Positions 41,701 to 56,390 of a stretch of DNA of 64,000 nt are shown here, piece by piece. This DNA is from Eledone cirrhosa (lineage: Eukaryota), in contig OZ024743.1 of NCBI GenBank assembly GCA_964016885.1, positions 177,382,001 through 177,446,000 on the forward strand. Direction: 5' to 3'. The notes beneath the pieces were generated by a model. It saw nothing but the letters and a program-made list of their open reading frames with translations. It searched no databases and was not told the DNA's origin. A program made the translations under genes and the position numbers. Every line of letters starts with the position of its first letter. The stretch's first letter is position 1.

Positions 41701-44700
41701 GGCATTCATGTGGAGAATGTTTTGCATATTGTCAGATGTTATGAAAGTGGGATTAATGTGGAGAATATTTTCTAAATTGTCAGATTTTATGAAAGTGGGA
41801 TTCATGTGGAGAATGTTTTCCATATTGTCAGATGTTATGAAAGTGGGATTCATGTGGAGAATGTTTTCCATATTGTCAGATGTTATGAAAGTGGGATTAA
41901 TGTGGAGAATGTTTTGCATATTGTCAGATGTTATGAAAGTGGGATTCATGTGAGAATGTTTTCCATATTGTCAGATGTTATGAAAGTGGGATTCATGTGG
42001 AGAATGTTTTGCATATTGTCAGATGTTATGAAAGTTGGATTCATGTGGAGAATGTTTTCCATATTGTCAGATGTTATGAAAGTGGGATTAATGTGGAGAA
42101 TGTTTTGCATATTGTCAGATGTTATGAAAGTGGGATTCATGTGAGAATGTTTTCCATATTGTCAGATGTTATGAAAGTGGGATTCATGTGGAGAATGTTT
42201 TGCATATTGTCAGATGTTATGAAAGTTGGATTCATGTGGAGAATGTTTTCCATATTGTCAGATGTTATGAAAGTGGGATTCATGTGGAGAATGTTTTGCA
42301 TATTGTCAGATGTTACGAAAATGTGATTCATGTGAGAATTTTTTACCATATTGTCAGTTATTATGAAAGTGGGATTAATCTGGTGAATGTTTTACATGTT
42401 GTCAGATGTTATGAAAGTGGGATTCATGTGGAGAATGTTTTGCATATTGTCAGATGTTATGAAAGTGGGATTAATGTGGAGAATGTTTTATATATTGTCA
42501 GATGTTATGAAAGTGGGATTCATGTGGAGAATGTTTTGCATATTGTCAGATGTTATGAAAGTGTGATTAATGTGGAGAATGTTTTACATATTGTCAGATG
42601 TTATGAAAGTGGGATTCATGTGGAGAATGTTTTCCATATTGTCAGATGTTATGAAAGTGGGATTAATGTGGAGAATGTTTTACATATTGTCAGATGTTAT
42701 GAAAGTGGAATTCATGTGGAGAATGTTTTCCATATTGTCAGATCTTATGAAACTGGGCTTCATGTGGAGTATGTTTTGCATATTGTCAGATCTTATGAAA
42801 CTGGGATTCATGTGGGGAATGTTTTCCATATTGTCAGATTTTATGAAACTGGGATTCATGTGGAGAATGTTTTCCATATTTTCAGATGTTACGAAAGTGG
42901 GATTCATGTGATAATTTTTTTCCATATTGTCAGATGTTATGAAAGTGGGATTCATGTGGAGAATGTTTTGCATATTGTCAGATGTTATGAAAGTGGGATT
43001 CATGTGGAGAATGTTTTCCATATTGTCAGATGTTATGAAAGTGGGATTCATGTGGAGAATGTTTTGCATATTGTCAGATCTTATGAAACTGGGATTCATG
43101 TGGAGTAATGTTTTCCATATTGTCAAATGTTACGAAAGTGGGATTCATGTGAGAATTTTTTACCATATTGTCAGATGTTATGAAAGTGGGATTAATCTGG
43201 AGAATGTTTTACATATCGTCAGATGTTATGAAAGTGGGATTCATGTGGAGAATGTTTTGCATATTGTCAGATGTTATGAAAGTGGGATTAATATGGAGAA
43301 TGTTTTACATATTGTCAGATGTTATGAAAGTGGGATTCATGTGGAGAATGTTTTGCATATTGTCAGATGTTATGAAAGTGGGATTAATGTGGAGAATATT
43401 TTCTATATTATCAGATTTTATGAAAGTGGGATTCATGTGGTGAATGTTTTCCATATTGTCAGATGTTATGAAAGTGGGATTCATGTGGAGAATGTTTTGC
43501 ATATTGTCAGATGTTATGAAAGTGGGATTCATGTGGAGAATGTTTTACATATTGTCAGATGTTATGAAAGTGGAATTCATGTGGAGAATGTTTTGCATAT
43601 TGTCAGATGTTATGAAAGTGGGATTCATGTGAGAATGTTTTCCATATTGTCAGATGTTATGAAAGTGGCATTCATGTGGAGAATGTTTTGCATATTGTCA
43701 GATGTTATGAAAGTGGGATTAATGTGGAGAATATTTTCTAAATTGTCAGATTTTATGAAAGTGGGATTCATGTGGAGAATGTTTTCCATATTGTCAGATG
43801 TTATGAAAGTGGGATTCATGTGGAGAATGTTTTCCATATTGTCAGATGTTATGAAAGTGGGATTAATCTGGTGAATGTTTTACATGTTGTCAGATGTTAT
43901 GAAAGTGGGATTCATGTGGAGAATGTTTTGCATATTGTCAGATGTTATGAAAGTGGGATTAATGTGGAGAATGTTTTATATATTGTCAGATGTTATGAAA
44001 GTGGGATTCATGTGGAGAATGTTTTGCATATTGTCAGATGTTATGAAAGTGTGATTAATGTGGAGAATGTTTTACATATTGTCAGATGTTATGAAAGTGG
44101 GATTCATGTGGAGAATGTTTTGCATATTGTCAGATGTTATGAAAGTGTGATTAATGTGGAGAATGTTTTACATATTGTCAGATGTTATGAAAGTGGGATT
44201 CATGTGGAGAATGTTTTCCATATTGTCAGATGTTATGAAAGTGGGATTAATGTGGAGAATGTTTTACATATTGTCAGATGTTATGAAAGTGGAATTCATG
44301 TGGAGAATGTTTTCCATATTGTCAGATCTTATGAAACTGGGCTTCATGTGGAGTATGTTTTGCATATTGTCAGATCTTATGAAACTGGGATTCATGTGGG
44401 GAATGTTTTCCATATTGTCAGATTTTATGAAACTGGGATTCATGTGGAGAATGTTTTCCATATTTTCAGATGTTACGAAAGTGGGATTCATGTGATAATT
44501 TTTTTCCATATTGTCAGATGTTATGAAAGTGGGATTCATGTGGAGAATGTTTTGCATATTGTCAGATGTTATGAAAGTGGGATTCATGTGAGAATGTTTT
44601 CCATATTGTCAGATGTTATGAAAGTGGCATTCATGTGGAGAATGTTTTGCATATTGTCAGATGTTATGAAAGTGGGATTAATGTGGAGAATATTTTCTAA

Positions 44701-47700
44701 ATTGTCAGATTTTATGAAAGTGGGATTCATGTGGAGAATGTTTTCCATATTGTCAGATGTTATGAAAGTGGGATTCATGTGGAGAATGTTTTCCATATTG
44801 TCAGATGTTATGAAAGTGGGATTAATGTGGAGAATGTTTTGCATATTGTCAGATGTTATGAAAGTGGGATTCATGTGAGAATGTTTTCCATATTGTCAGA
44901 TGTTATGAAAGTGGGATTCATGTGGAGAATGTTTTGCATATTGTCAGATGTTATGAAAGTTGGATTCATGTGGAGAATGTTTTCCATATTGTCAGATGTT
45001 ATGAAAGTGGGATTAATGTGGAGAATGTTTTGCATATTGTCAGATGTTATGAAAGTGGGATTCATGTGAGAATGTTTTCCATATTGTCAGATGTTATGAA
45101 AGTGGGATTCATGTGGAGAATGTTTTGCATATTGTCAGATGTTATGAAAGTTGGATTCATGTGGAGAATGTTTTCCATATTGTCAGATGTTATGAAAGTG
45201 GGATTCATGTGGAGAATGTTTTGCATATTGTCAGATGTTACGAAAATGTGATTCATGTGAGAATTTTTTACCATATTGTCAGTTATTATGAAAGTGGGAT
45301 TAATCTGGTGAATGTTTTACATGTTGTCAGATGTTATGAAAGTGGGATTCATGTGGAGAATGTTTTGCATATTGTCAGATGTTATGAAAGTGGGATTAAT
45401 GTGGAGAATGTTTTATATATTGTCAGATGTTATGAAAGTGGGATTCATGTGGAGAATGTTTTGCATATTGTCAGATGTTATGAAAGTGTGATTAATGTGG
45501 AGAATGTTTTACATATTGTCAGATGTTATGAAAGTGGGATTCATGTGGAGAATGTTTTGCATATTGTCAGATGTTATGAAAGTGTGATTAATGTGGAGAA
45601 TGTTTTACATATTGTCAGATGTTATGAAAGTGGGATTCATGTGGAGAATGTTTTCCATATTGTCAGATGTTATGAAAGTGGGATTAATGTGGAGAATGTT
45701 TTACATATTGTCAGATGTTATGAAAGTGGAATTCATGTGGAGAATGTTTTCCATATTGTCAGATCTTATGAAACTGGGCTTCATGTGGAGTATGTTTTGC
45801 ATATTGTCAGATCTTATGAAACTGGGATTCATGTGGGGAATGTTTTCCATATTGTCAGATTTTATGAAACTGGGATTCATGTGGAGAATGTTTTCCATAT
45901 TTTCAGATGTTACGAAAGTGGGATTCATGTGATAATTTTTTTCCATATTGTCAGATGTTATGAAAGTGGGATTCATGTGGAGAATGTTTTGCATATTGTC
46001 AGATGTTATGAAAGTGGGATTCATGTGAGAATGTTTTCCATATTGTCAGATGTTATGAAAGTGGGATTCATGTGGAGAATGTTTTGCATATTGTCAGATG
46101 TTATGAAAGTGGGATTCATGTGGAGAATGTTTTCCATATTGTCAGATGTTATGAAAGTGGGATTCATGTGGAGAATGTTTTGCATATTGTCAGATCTTAT
46201 GAAACTGGGATTCATGTGGAGTAATGTTTTCCATATTGTCAAATGTTACGAAAGTGGGATTCATGTGAGAATTTTTTACCATATTGTCAGATGTTATGAA
46301 AGTGGGATTAATCTGGAGAATGTTTTACATATCGTCAGATGTTATGAAAGTGGGATTCATGTGGAGAATGTTTTGCATATTGTCAGATGTTATGAAAGTG
46401 GGATTAATATGGAGAATGTTTTACATATTGTCAGATGTTATGAAAGTGGGATTCATGTGGAGAATGTTTTGCATATTGTCAGATGTTATGAAAGTGGGAT
46501 TAATGTGGAGAATATTTTCTATATTATCAGATTTTATGAAAGTGGGATTCATGTGGTGAATGTTTTCCATATTGTCAGATGTTATGAAAGTGGGATTCAT
46601 GTGGAGAATGTTTTGCATATTGTCAGATGTTATGAAAGTGGGATTCATGTGGAGAATGTTTTACATATTGTCAGATGTTATGAAAGTGGAATTCATGTGG
46701 AGAATGTTTTGCATATTGTCAGATGTTATGAAAGTGGGATTCATGTGAGAATGTTTTCCATATTGTCAGATGTTATGAAAGTGGCATTCATGTGGAGAAT
46801 GTTTTGCATATTGTCAGATGTTATGAAAGTGGGATTAATGTGGAGAATATTTTCTAAATTGTCAGATTTTATGAAAGTGGGATTCATGTGGAGAATGTTT
46901 TCCATATTGTCAGATGTTATGAAAGTGGGATTCATGTGGAGAATGTTTTCCATATTGTCAGATGTTATGAAAGTGGGATTAATGTGGAGAATGTTTTGCA
47001 TATTGTCAGATGTTATGAAAGTGGGATTCATGTGAGAATGTTTTCCATATTGTCAGATGTTATGAAAGTGGGATTCATGTGGAGAATGTTTTGCATATTG
47101 TCAGATGTTATGAAAGTTGGATTCATGTGGAGAATGTTTTCCATATTGTCAGATGTTATGAAAGTGGGATTAATGTGGAGAATGTTTTGCATATTGTCAG
47201 ATGTTATGAAAGTGGGATTCATGTGAGAATGTTTTCCATATTGTCAGATGTTATGAAAGTGGGATTCATGTGGAGAATGTTTTGCATATTGTCAGATGTT
47301 ATGAAAGTTGGATTCATGTGGAGAATGTTTTCCATATTGTCAGATGTTATGAAAGTGGGATTCATGTGGAGAATGTTTTGCATATTGTCAGATGTTACGA
47401 AAATGTGATTCATGTGAGAATTTTTTACCATATTGTCAGTTATTATGAAAGTGGGATTAATCTGGTGAATGTTTTACATGTTGTCAGATGTTATGAAAGT
47501 GGGATTCATGTGGAGAATGTTTTGCATATTGTCAGATGTTATGAAAGTGGGATTAATGTGGAGAATGTTTTATATATTGTCAGATGTTATGAAAGTGGGA
47601 TTCATGTGGAGAATGTTTTGCATATTGTCAGATGTTATGAAAGTGTGATTAATGTGGAGAATGTTTTACATATTGTCAGATGTTATGAAAGTGGGATTCA

Positions 47701-50700
47701 TGTGGAGAATGTTTTCCATATTGTCAGATGTTATGAAAGTGGGATTAATGTGGAGAATGTTTTACATATTGTCAGATGTTATGAAAGTGGAATTCATGTG
47801 GAGAATGTTTTCCATATTGTCAGATCTTATGAAACTGGGCTTCATGTGGAGTATGTTTTGCATATTGTCAGATCTTATGAAACTGGGATTCATGTGGGGA
47901 ATGTTTTCCATATTGTCAGATTTTATGAAACTGGGATTCATGTGGAGAATGTTTTCCATATTTTCAGATGTTACGAAAGTGGGATTCATGTGATAAATTT
48001 TTCCATATTGTCAGATGTTATGAAAGTGGGATTCATGTGGAGAATGTTTTGCATATTGTCAGATGTTATGAAAGTGGGATTCATGTGGAGAATGTTTTCC
48101 ATATTGTCAGATGTTATGAAAGTGGGATTCATGTGGAGAATGTTTTGCATATTGTCAGATCTTATGAAACTGGGATTCATGTGGAGTAATGTTTTCCATA
48201 TTGTCAAATGTTACGAAAGTGGGATTCATGTGAGAATTTTTTACCATATTGTCAGATGTTATGAAAGTAGGATTAATCTGGAGAATGTTTTACATATCGT
48301 CAGATGTTATGAAAGTGGGATTCATGTGGAGAATGTTTTGCATATTGTCAGATGTTATGAAAGTGGGATTAATATGGAGAATGTTTTACATATTGTCAGA
48401 TGTTATGAAAGTGGGATTCATGTGGAGAATGTTTTGCATATTGTCAGATGTTATGAAAGTGGGATTAATGTGGAGAATATTTTCTATATTATCAGATTTT
48501 ATGAAAGTGGGATTCATGTGGTGAATGTTTTCCATATTGTCAGATGTTATGAAAGTGGGATTCATGTGGAGAATGTTTTGCATATTGTCAGATGTTATGA
48601 AAGTGGGATTCATGTGGAGAATGTTTTACATATTGTCAGATGTTATGAAAGTGGAATTCATGTGGAGAATGTTTTGCATATTGTCAGATGTTATGAAAGT
48701 GGGATTCATGTGAGAATGTTTTCCATATTGTCAGATGTTATGAAAGTGGCATTCATGTGGAGAATGTTTTGCATATTGTCAGATGTTATGAAAGTGGGAT
48801 TAATGTGGAGAATATTTTCTAAATTGTCAGATTTTATGAAAGTGGGATTCATGTGGAGAATGTTTTCCATATTGTCAGATGTTATGAAAGTGGGATTCAT
48901 GTGGAGAATGTTTTCCATATTGTCAGATGTTATGAAAGTGGGATTAATCTGGTGAATGTTTTACATGTTGTCAGATGTTATGAAAGTGGGATTCATGTGG
49001 AGAATGTTTTGCATATTGTCAGATGTTATGAAAGTGGGATTAATGTGGAGAATGTTTTATATATTGTCAGATGTTATGAAAGTGGGATTCATGTGGAGAA
49101 TGTTTTGCATATTGTCAGATGTTATGAAAGTGTGATTAATGTGGAGAATGTTTTACATATTGTCAGATGTTATGAAAGTGGGATTCATGTGGAGAATGTT
49201 TTGCATATTGTCAGATGTTATGAAAGTGTGATTAATGTGGAGAATGTTTTACATATTGTCAGATGTTATGAAAGTGGGATTCATGTGGAGAATGTTTTCC
49301 ATATTGTCAGATGTTATGAAAGTGGGATTAATGTGGAGAATGTTTTACATATTGTCAGATGTTATGAAAGTGGAATTCATGTGGAGAATGTTTTCCATAT
49401 TGTCAGATCTTATGAAACTGGGCTTCATGTGGAGTATGTTTTGCATATTGTCAGATCTTATGAAACTGGGATTCATGTGGGGAATGTTTTCCATATTGTC
49501 AGATTTTATGAAACTGGGATTCATGTGGAGAATGTTTTCCATATTTTCAGATGTTACGAAAGTGGGATTCATGTGATAATTTTTTTCCATATTGTCAGAT
49601 GTTATGAAAGTGGGATTCATGTGGAGAATGTTTTGCATATTGTCAGATGTTATGAAAGTGGGATTCATGTGAGAATGTTTTCCATATTGTCAGATGTTAT
49701 GAAAGTGGGATTCATGTGGAGAATGTTTTGCATATTGTCAGATGTTATGAAAGTGGGATTCATGTGGAGAATGTTTTCCATATTGTCAGATGTTATGAAA
49801 GTGGGATTCATGTGGAGAATGTTTTGCATATTGTCAGATCTTATGAAACTGGGATTCATGTGGAGTAATGTTTTCCATATTGTCAAATGTTACGAAAGTG
49901 GGATTCATGTGAGAATTTTTTACCATATTGTCAGATGTTATGAAAGTGGGATTAATCTGGAGAATGTTTTACATATCGTCAGATGTTATGAAAGTGGGAT
50001 TCATGTGGAGAATGTTTTGCATATTGTCAGATGTTATGAAAGTGGGATTAATATGGAGAATGTTTTACATATTGTCAGATGTTATGAAAGTGGGATTCAT
50101 GTGGAGAATGTTTTGCATATTGTCAGATGTTATGAAAGTGGGATTAATGTGGAGAATATTTTCTATATTATCAGATTTTATGAAAGTGGGATTCATGTGG
50201 TGAATGTTTTCCATATTGTCAGATGTTATGAAAGTGGGATTCATGTGGAGAATGTTTTGCATATTGTCAGATGTTATGAAAGTGGGATTCATGTGGAGAA
50301 TGTTTTACATATTGTCAGATGTTATGAAAGTGGAATTCATGTGGAGAATGTTTTGCATATTGTCAGATGTTATGAAAGTGGGATTCATGTGAGAATGTTT
50401 TCCATATTGTCAGATGTTATGAAAGTGGCATTCATGTGGAGAATGTTTTGCATATTGTCAGATGTTATGAAAGTGGGATTAATGTGGAGAATATTTTCTA
50501 AATTGTCAGATTTTATGAAAGTGGGATTCATGTGGAGAATGTTTTCCATATTGTCAGATGTTATGAAAGTGGGATTCATGTGGAGAATGTTTTCCATATT
50601 GTCAGATGTTATGAAAGTGGGATTAATGTGGAGAATGTTTTGCATATTGTCAGATGTTATGAAAGTGGGATTCATGTGAGAATGTTTTCCATATTGTCAG

Positions 50701-53700
50701 ATGTTATGAAAGTGGGATTCATGTGGAGAATGTTTTGCATATTGTCAGATGTTATGAAAGTTGGATTCATGTGGAGAATGTTTTCCATATTGTCAGATGT
50801 TATGAAAGTGGGATTAATGTGGAGAATGTTTTGCATATTGTCAGATGTTATGAAAGTGGGATTCATGTGAGAATGTTTTCCATATTGTCAGATGTTATGA
50901 AAGTGGGATTCATGTGGAGAATGTTTTGCATATTGTCAGATGTTATGAAAGTTGGATTCATGTGGAGAATGTTTTCCATATTGTCAGATGTTATGAAAGT
51001 GGGATTCATGTGGAGAATGTTTTGCATATTGTCAGATGTTACGAAAATGTGATTCATGTGAGAATTTTTTACCATATTGTCAGTTATTATGAAAGTGGGA
51101 TTAATCTGGTGAATGTTTTACATGTTGTCAGATGTTATGAAAGTGGGATTCATGTGGAGAATGTTTTGCATATTGTCAGATGTTATGAAAGTGGGATTAA
51201 TGTGGAGAATGTTTTATATATTGTCAGATGTTATGAAAGTGGGATTCATGTGGAGAATGTTTTGCATATTGTCAGATGTTATGAAAGTGTGATTAACGTG
51301 GAGAATGTTTTACATATTGTCAGATGTTATGAAAGTGGGATTCATGTGGAGAATGTTTTCCATATTGTCAGATGTTATGAAAGTGGGATTAATGTGGAGA
51401 ATGTTTTACATATTGTCAGATGTTATGAAAGTGGAATTCATGTGGAGAATGTTTTCCATATTGTCAGATCTTATGAAACTGGGCTTCATGTGGAGTATGT
51501 TTTGCATATTGTCAGATCTTATGAAACTGGGATTCATGTGGGGAATGTTTTCCATATTGTCAGATTTTATGAAACTGGGATTCATGTGGAGAATGTTTTC
51601 CATATTTTCAGATGTTACGAAAGTGGGATTCATGTGATAATTTTTTTCCATATTGTCAGATGTTATGAAAGTGGGATTCATGTGGAGAATGTTTTGCATA
51701 TTGTCAGATGTTATGAAAGTGGGATTCATGTGGAGAATGTTTTCCATATTGTCAGATGTTATGAAAGTGGGATTCATGTGGAGAATGTTTTGCATATTGT
51801 CAGATCTTATGAAACTGGGATTCATGTGGAGTAATGTTTTCCATATTGTCAAATGTTACGAAAGTGGGATTCATGTGAGAATTTTTTACCATATTGTCAG
51901 ATGTTATGAAAGTGGGATTAATCTGGAGAATGTTTTACATATCGTCAGATGTTATGAAAGTGGGATTCATGTGGAGAATGTTTTGCATATTGTCAGATGT
52001 TATGAAAGTGGGATTAATATGGAGAATGTTTTACATATTGTCAGATGTTATGAAAGTGGGATTCATGTGGAGAATGTTTTGCATATTGTCAGATGTTATG
52101 AAAGTGGGATTAATGTGGAGAATATTTTCTATATTATCAGATTTTATGAAAGTGGGATTCATGTGGTGAATGTTTTCCATATTGTCAGATGTTATGAAAG
52201 TGGGATTCATGTGGAGAATGTTTTGCATATTGTCAGATGTTATGAAAGTGGGATTCATGTGGAGAATGTTTTACATATTGTCAGATGTTATGAAAGTGGA
52301 ATTCATGTGGAGAATGTTTTGCATATTGTCAGATGTTATGAAAGTGGGATTCATGTGAGAATGTTTTCCATATTGTCAGATGTTATGAAAGTGGCATTCA
52401 TGTGGAGAATGTTTTGCATATTGTCAGATGTTATGAAAGTGGGATTAATGTGGAGAATATTTTCTAAATTGTCAGATTTTATGAAAGTGGGATTCATGTG
52501 GAGAATGTTTTCCATATTGTCAGATGTTATGAAAGTGGGATTCATGTGGAGAATGTTTTCCATATTGTCAGATGTTATGAAAGTGGGATTAATGTGGAGA
52601 ATGTTTTGCATATTGTCAGATGTTATGAAAGTGGGATTCATGTGAGAATGTTTTCCATATTGTCAGATGTTATGAAAGTGGGATTCATGTGGAGAATGTT
52701 TTGCATATTGTCAGATGTTATGAAAGTTGGATTCATGTGGAGAATGTTTTCCATATTGTCAGATGTTATGAAAGTGGGATTAATGTGGAGAATGTTTTGC
52801 ATATTGTCAGATGTTATGAAAGTGGGATTCATGTGAGAATGTTTTCCATATTGTCAGATGTTATGAAAGTGGGATTCATGTGGAGAATGTTTTGCATATT
52901 GTCAGATGTTATGAAAGTTGGATTCATGTGGAGAATGTTTTCCATATTGTCAGATGTTATGAAAGTGGGATTCATGTGGAGAATGTTTTGCATATTGTCA
53001 GATGTTACGAAAATGTGATTCATGTGAGAATTTTTTACCATATTGTCAGTTATTATGAAAGTGGGATTAATCTGGTGAATGTTTTACATGTTGTCAGATG
53101 TTATGAAAGTGGGATTCATGTGGAGAATGTTTTGCATATTGTCAGATGTTATGAAAGTGGGATTAATGTGGAGAATGTTTTATATATTGTCAGATGTTAT
53201 GAAAGTGGGATTCATGTGGAGAATGTTTTGCATATTGTCAGATGTTATGAAAGTGTGATTAATGTGGAGAATGTTTTACATATTGTCAGATGTTATGAAA
53301 GTGGGATTCATGTGGAGAATGTTTTCCATATTGTCAGATGTTATGAAAGTGGGATTAATGTGGAGAATGTTTTACATATTGTCAGATGTTATGAAAGTGG
53401 AATTCATGTGGAGAATGTTTTCCATATTGTCAGATCTTATGAAACTGGGCTTCATGTGGAGTATGTTTTGCATATTGTCAGATCTTATGAAACTGGGATT
53501 CATGTGGGGAATGTTTTCCATATTGTCAGATTTTATGAAACTGGGATTCATGTGGAGAATGTTTTCCATATTTTCAGATGTTACGAAAGTGGGATTCATG
53601 TGATAATTTTTTTCCATATTGTCAGATGTTATGAAAGTGGGATTCATGTGGAGAATGTTTTGCATATTGTCAGATGTTATGAAAGTGGGATTCATGTGAG

Positions 53701-56390
53701 AATGTTTTCCATATTGTCAGATGTTATGAAAGTGGGATTCATGTGGAGAATGTTTTGCATATTGTCAGATGTTATGAAAGTGGGATTCATGTGGAGAATG
53801 TTTTCCATATTGTCAGATGTTATGAAAGTGGGATTCATGTGGAGAATGTTTTGCATATTGTCAGATCTTATGAAACTGGGATTCATGTGGAGTAATGTTT
53901 TCCATATTGTCAAATGTTACGAAAGTGGGATTCATGTGAGAATTTTTTACCATATTGTCAGATGTTATGAAAGTGGGATTAATCTGGAGAATGTTTTACA
54001 TATCGTCAGATGTTATGAAAGTGGGATTCATGTGGAGAATGTTTTGCATATTGTCAGATGTTATGAAAGTGGGATTAATATGGAGAATGTTTTACATATT
54101 GTCAGATGTTATGAAAGTGGGATTCATGTGGAGAATGTTTTGCATATTGTCAGATGTTATGAAAGTGGGATTAATGTGGAGAATATTTTCTATATTATCA
54201 GATTTTATGAAAGTGGGATTCATGTGGTGAATGTTTTCCATATTGTCAGATGTTATGAAAGTGGGATTCATGTGGAGAATGTTTTGCATATTGTCAGATG
54301 TTATGAAAGTGGGATTCATGTGGAGAATGTTTTACATATTGTCAGATGTTATGAAAGTGGAATTCATGTGGAGAATGTTTTGCATATTGTCAGATGTTAT
54401 GAAAGTGGGATTCATGTGAGAATGTTTTCCATATTGTCAGATGTTATGAAAGTGGCATTCATGTGGAGAATGTTTTGCATATTGTCAGATGTTATGAAAG
54501 TGGGATTAATGTGGAGAATATTTTCTAAATTGTCAGATTTTATGAAAGTGGGATTCATGTGGAGAATGTTTTCCATATTGTCAGATGTTATGAAAGTGGG
54601 ATTCATGTGGAGAATGTTTTCCATATTGTCAGATGTTATGAAAGTGGGATTAATGTGGAGAATGTTTTGCATATTGTCAGATGTTATGAAAGTGGGATTC
54701 ATGTGAGAATGTTTTCCATATTGTCAGATGTTATGAAAGTGGGATTCATGTGGAGAATGTTTTGCATATTGTCAGATGTTATGAAAGTTGGATTCATGTG
54801 GAGAATGTTTTCCATATTGTCAGATGTTATGAAAGTGGGATTAATGTGGAGAATGTTTTGCATATTGTCAGATGTTATGAAAGTGGGATTCATGTGAGAA
54901 TGTTTTCCATATTGTCAGATGTTATGAAAGTGGGATTCATGTGGAGAATGTTTTGCATATTGTCAGATGTTATGAAAGTTGGATTCATGTGGAGAATGTT
55001 TTCCATATTGTCAGATGTTATGAAAGTGGGATTCATGTGGAGAATGTTTTGCATATTGTCAGATGTTACGAAAATGTGATTCATGTGAGAATTTTTTACC
55101 ATATTGTCAGTTATTATGAAAGTGGGATTAATCTGGTGAATGTTTTACATGTTGTCAGATGTTATGAAAGTGGGATTCATGTGGAGAATGTTTTGCATAT
55201 TGTCAGATGTTATGAAAGTGGGATTAATGTGGAGAATGTTTTATATATTGTCAGATGTTATGAAAGTGGGATTCATGTGGAGAATGTTTTGCATATTGTC
55301 AGATGTTATGAAAGTGTGATTAATGTGGAGAATGTTTTACATATTGTCAGATGTTATGAAAGTGGGATTCATGTGGAGAATGTTTTCCATATTGTCAGAT
55401 GTTATGAAAGTGGGATTAATGTGGAGAATGTTTTACATATTGTCAGATGTTATGAAAGTGGAATTCATGTGGAGAATGTTTTCCATATTGTCAGATCTTA
55501 TGAAACTGGGCTTCATGTGGAGTATGTTTTGCATATTGTCAGATCTTATGAAACTGGGATTCATGTGGGGAATGTTTTCCATATTGTCAGATTTTATGAA
55601 ACTGGGATTCATGTGGAGAATGTTTTCCATATTTTCAGATGTTACGAAAGTGGGATTCATGTGATAATTTTTTTCCATATTGTCAGATGTTATGAAAGTG
55701 GGATTCATGTGGAGAATGTTTTGCATATTGTCAGATGTTATGAAAGTGGGATTCATGTGAGAATGTTTTCCATATTGTCAGATGTTATGAAAGTGGGATT
55801 CATGTGGAGAATGTTTTGCATATTGTCAGATGTTATGAAAGTGGGATTCATGTGGAGAATGTTTTCCATATTGTCAGATGTTATGAAAGTGGGATTCATG
55901 TGGAGAATGTTTTGCATATTGTCAGATCTTATGAAACTGGGATTCATGTGGAGTAATGTTTTCCATATTGTCAAATGTTACGAAAGTGGGATTCATGTGA
56001 GAATTTTTTACCATATTGTCAGATGTTATGAAAGTGGGATTAATCTGGAGAATGTTTTACATATCGTCAGATGTTATGAAAGTGGGATTCATGTGGAGAA
56101 TGTTTTGCATATTGTCAGATGTTATGAAAGTGGGATTAATATGGAGAATGTTTTACATATTGTCAGATGTTATGAAAGTGGGATTCATGTGGAGAATGTT
56201 TTGCATATTGTCAGATGTTATGAAAGTGGGATTAATGTGGAGAATATTTTCTATATTATCAGATTTTATGAAAGTGGGATTCATGTGGTGAATGTTTTCC
56301 ATATTGTCAGATGTTATGAAAGTGGGATTCATGTGGAGAATGTTTTACATATTGTCAGATGTTATGAAAGTGGGATTCATGTGGAGAATG
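35762..56390. repeat. Homogeneous higher-order repeat (HOR) core, unit 2157 bp (45 monomers) with 2061-bp (43-mer), 1966-bp (41-mer) and truncated variants
   Basis: The marker ACGAAAATGTGATTC occurs at ~35940, 38001, 40158, 42315, 45240, 47397, 51041, 53007 and 55068 (spacings 2061, 2157, 2157, 2925, 2157, 3644, 1966, 2061). Near-identical ORF sets repeat at these spacings. A 2157-bp unit has four -1 monomers and one +1 monomer (45x48-3). Confidence 0.92.
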
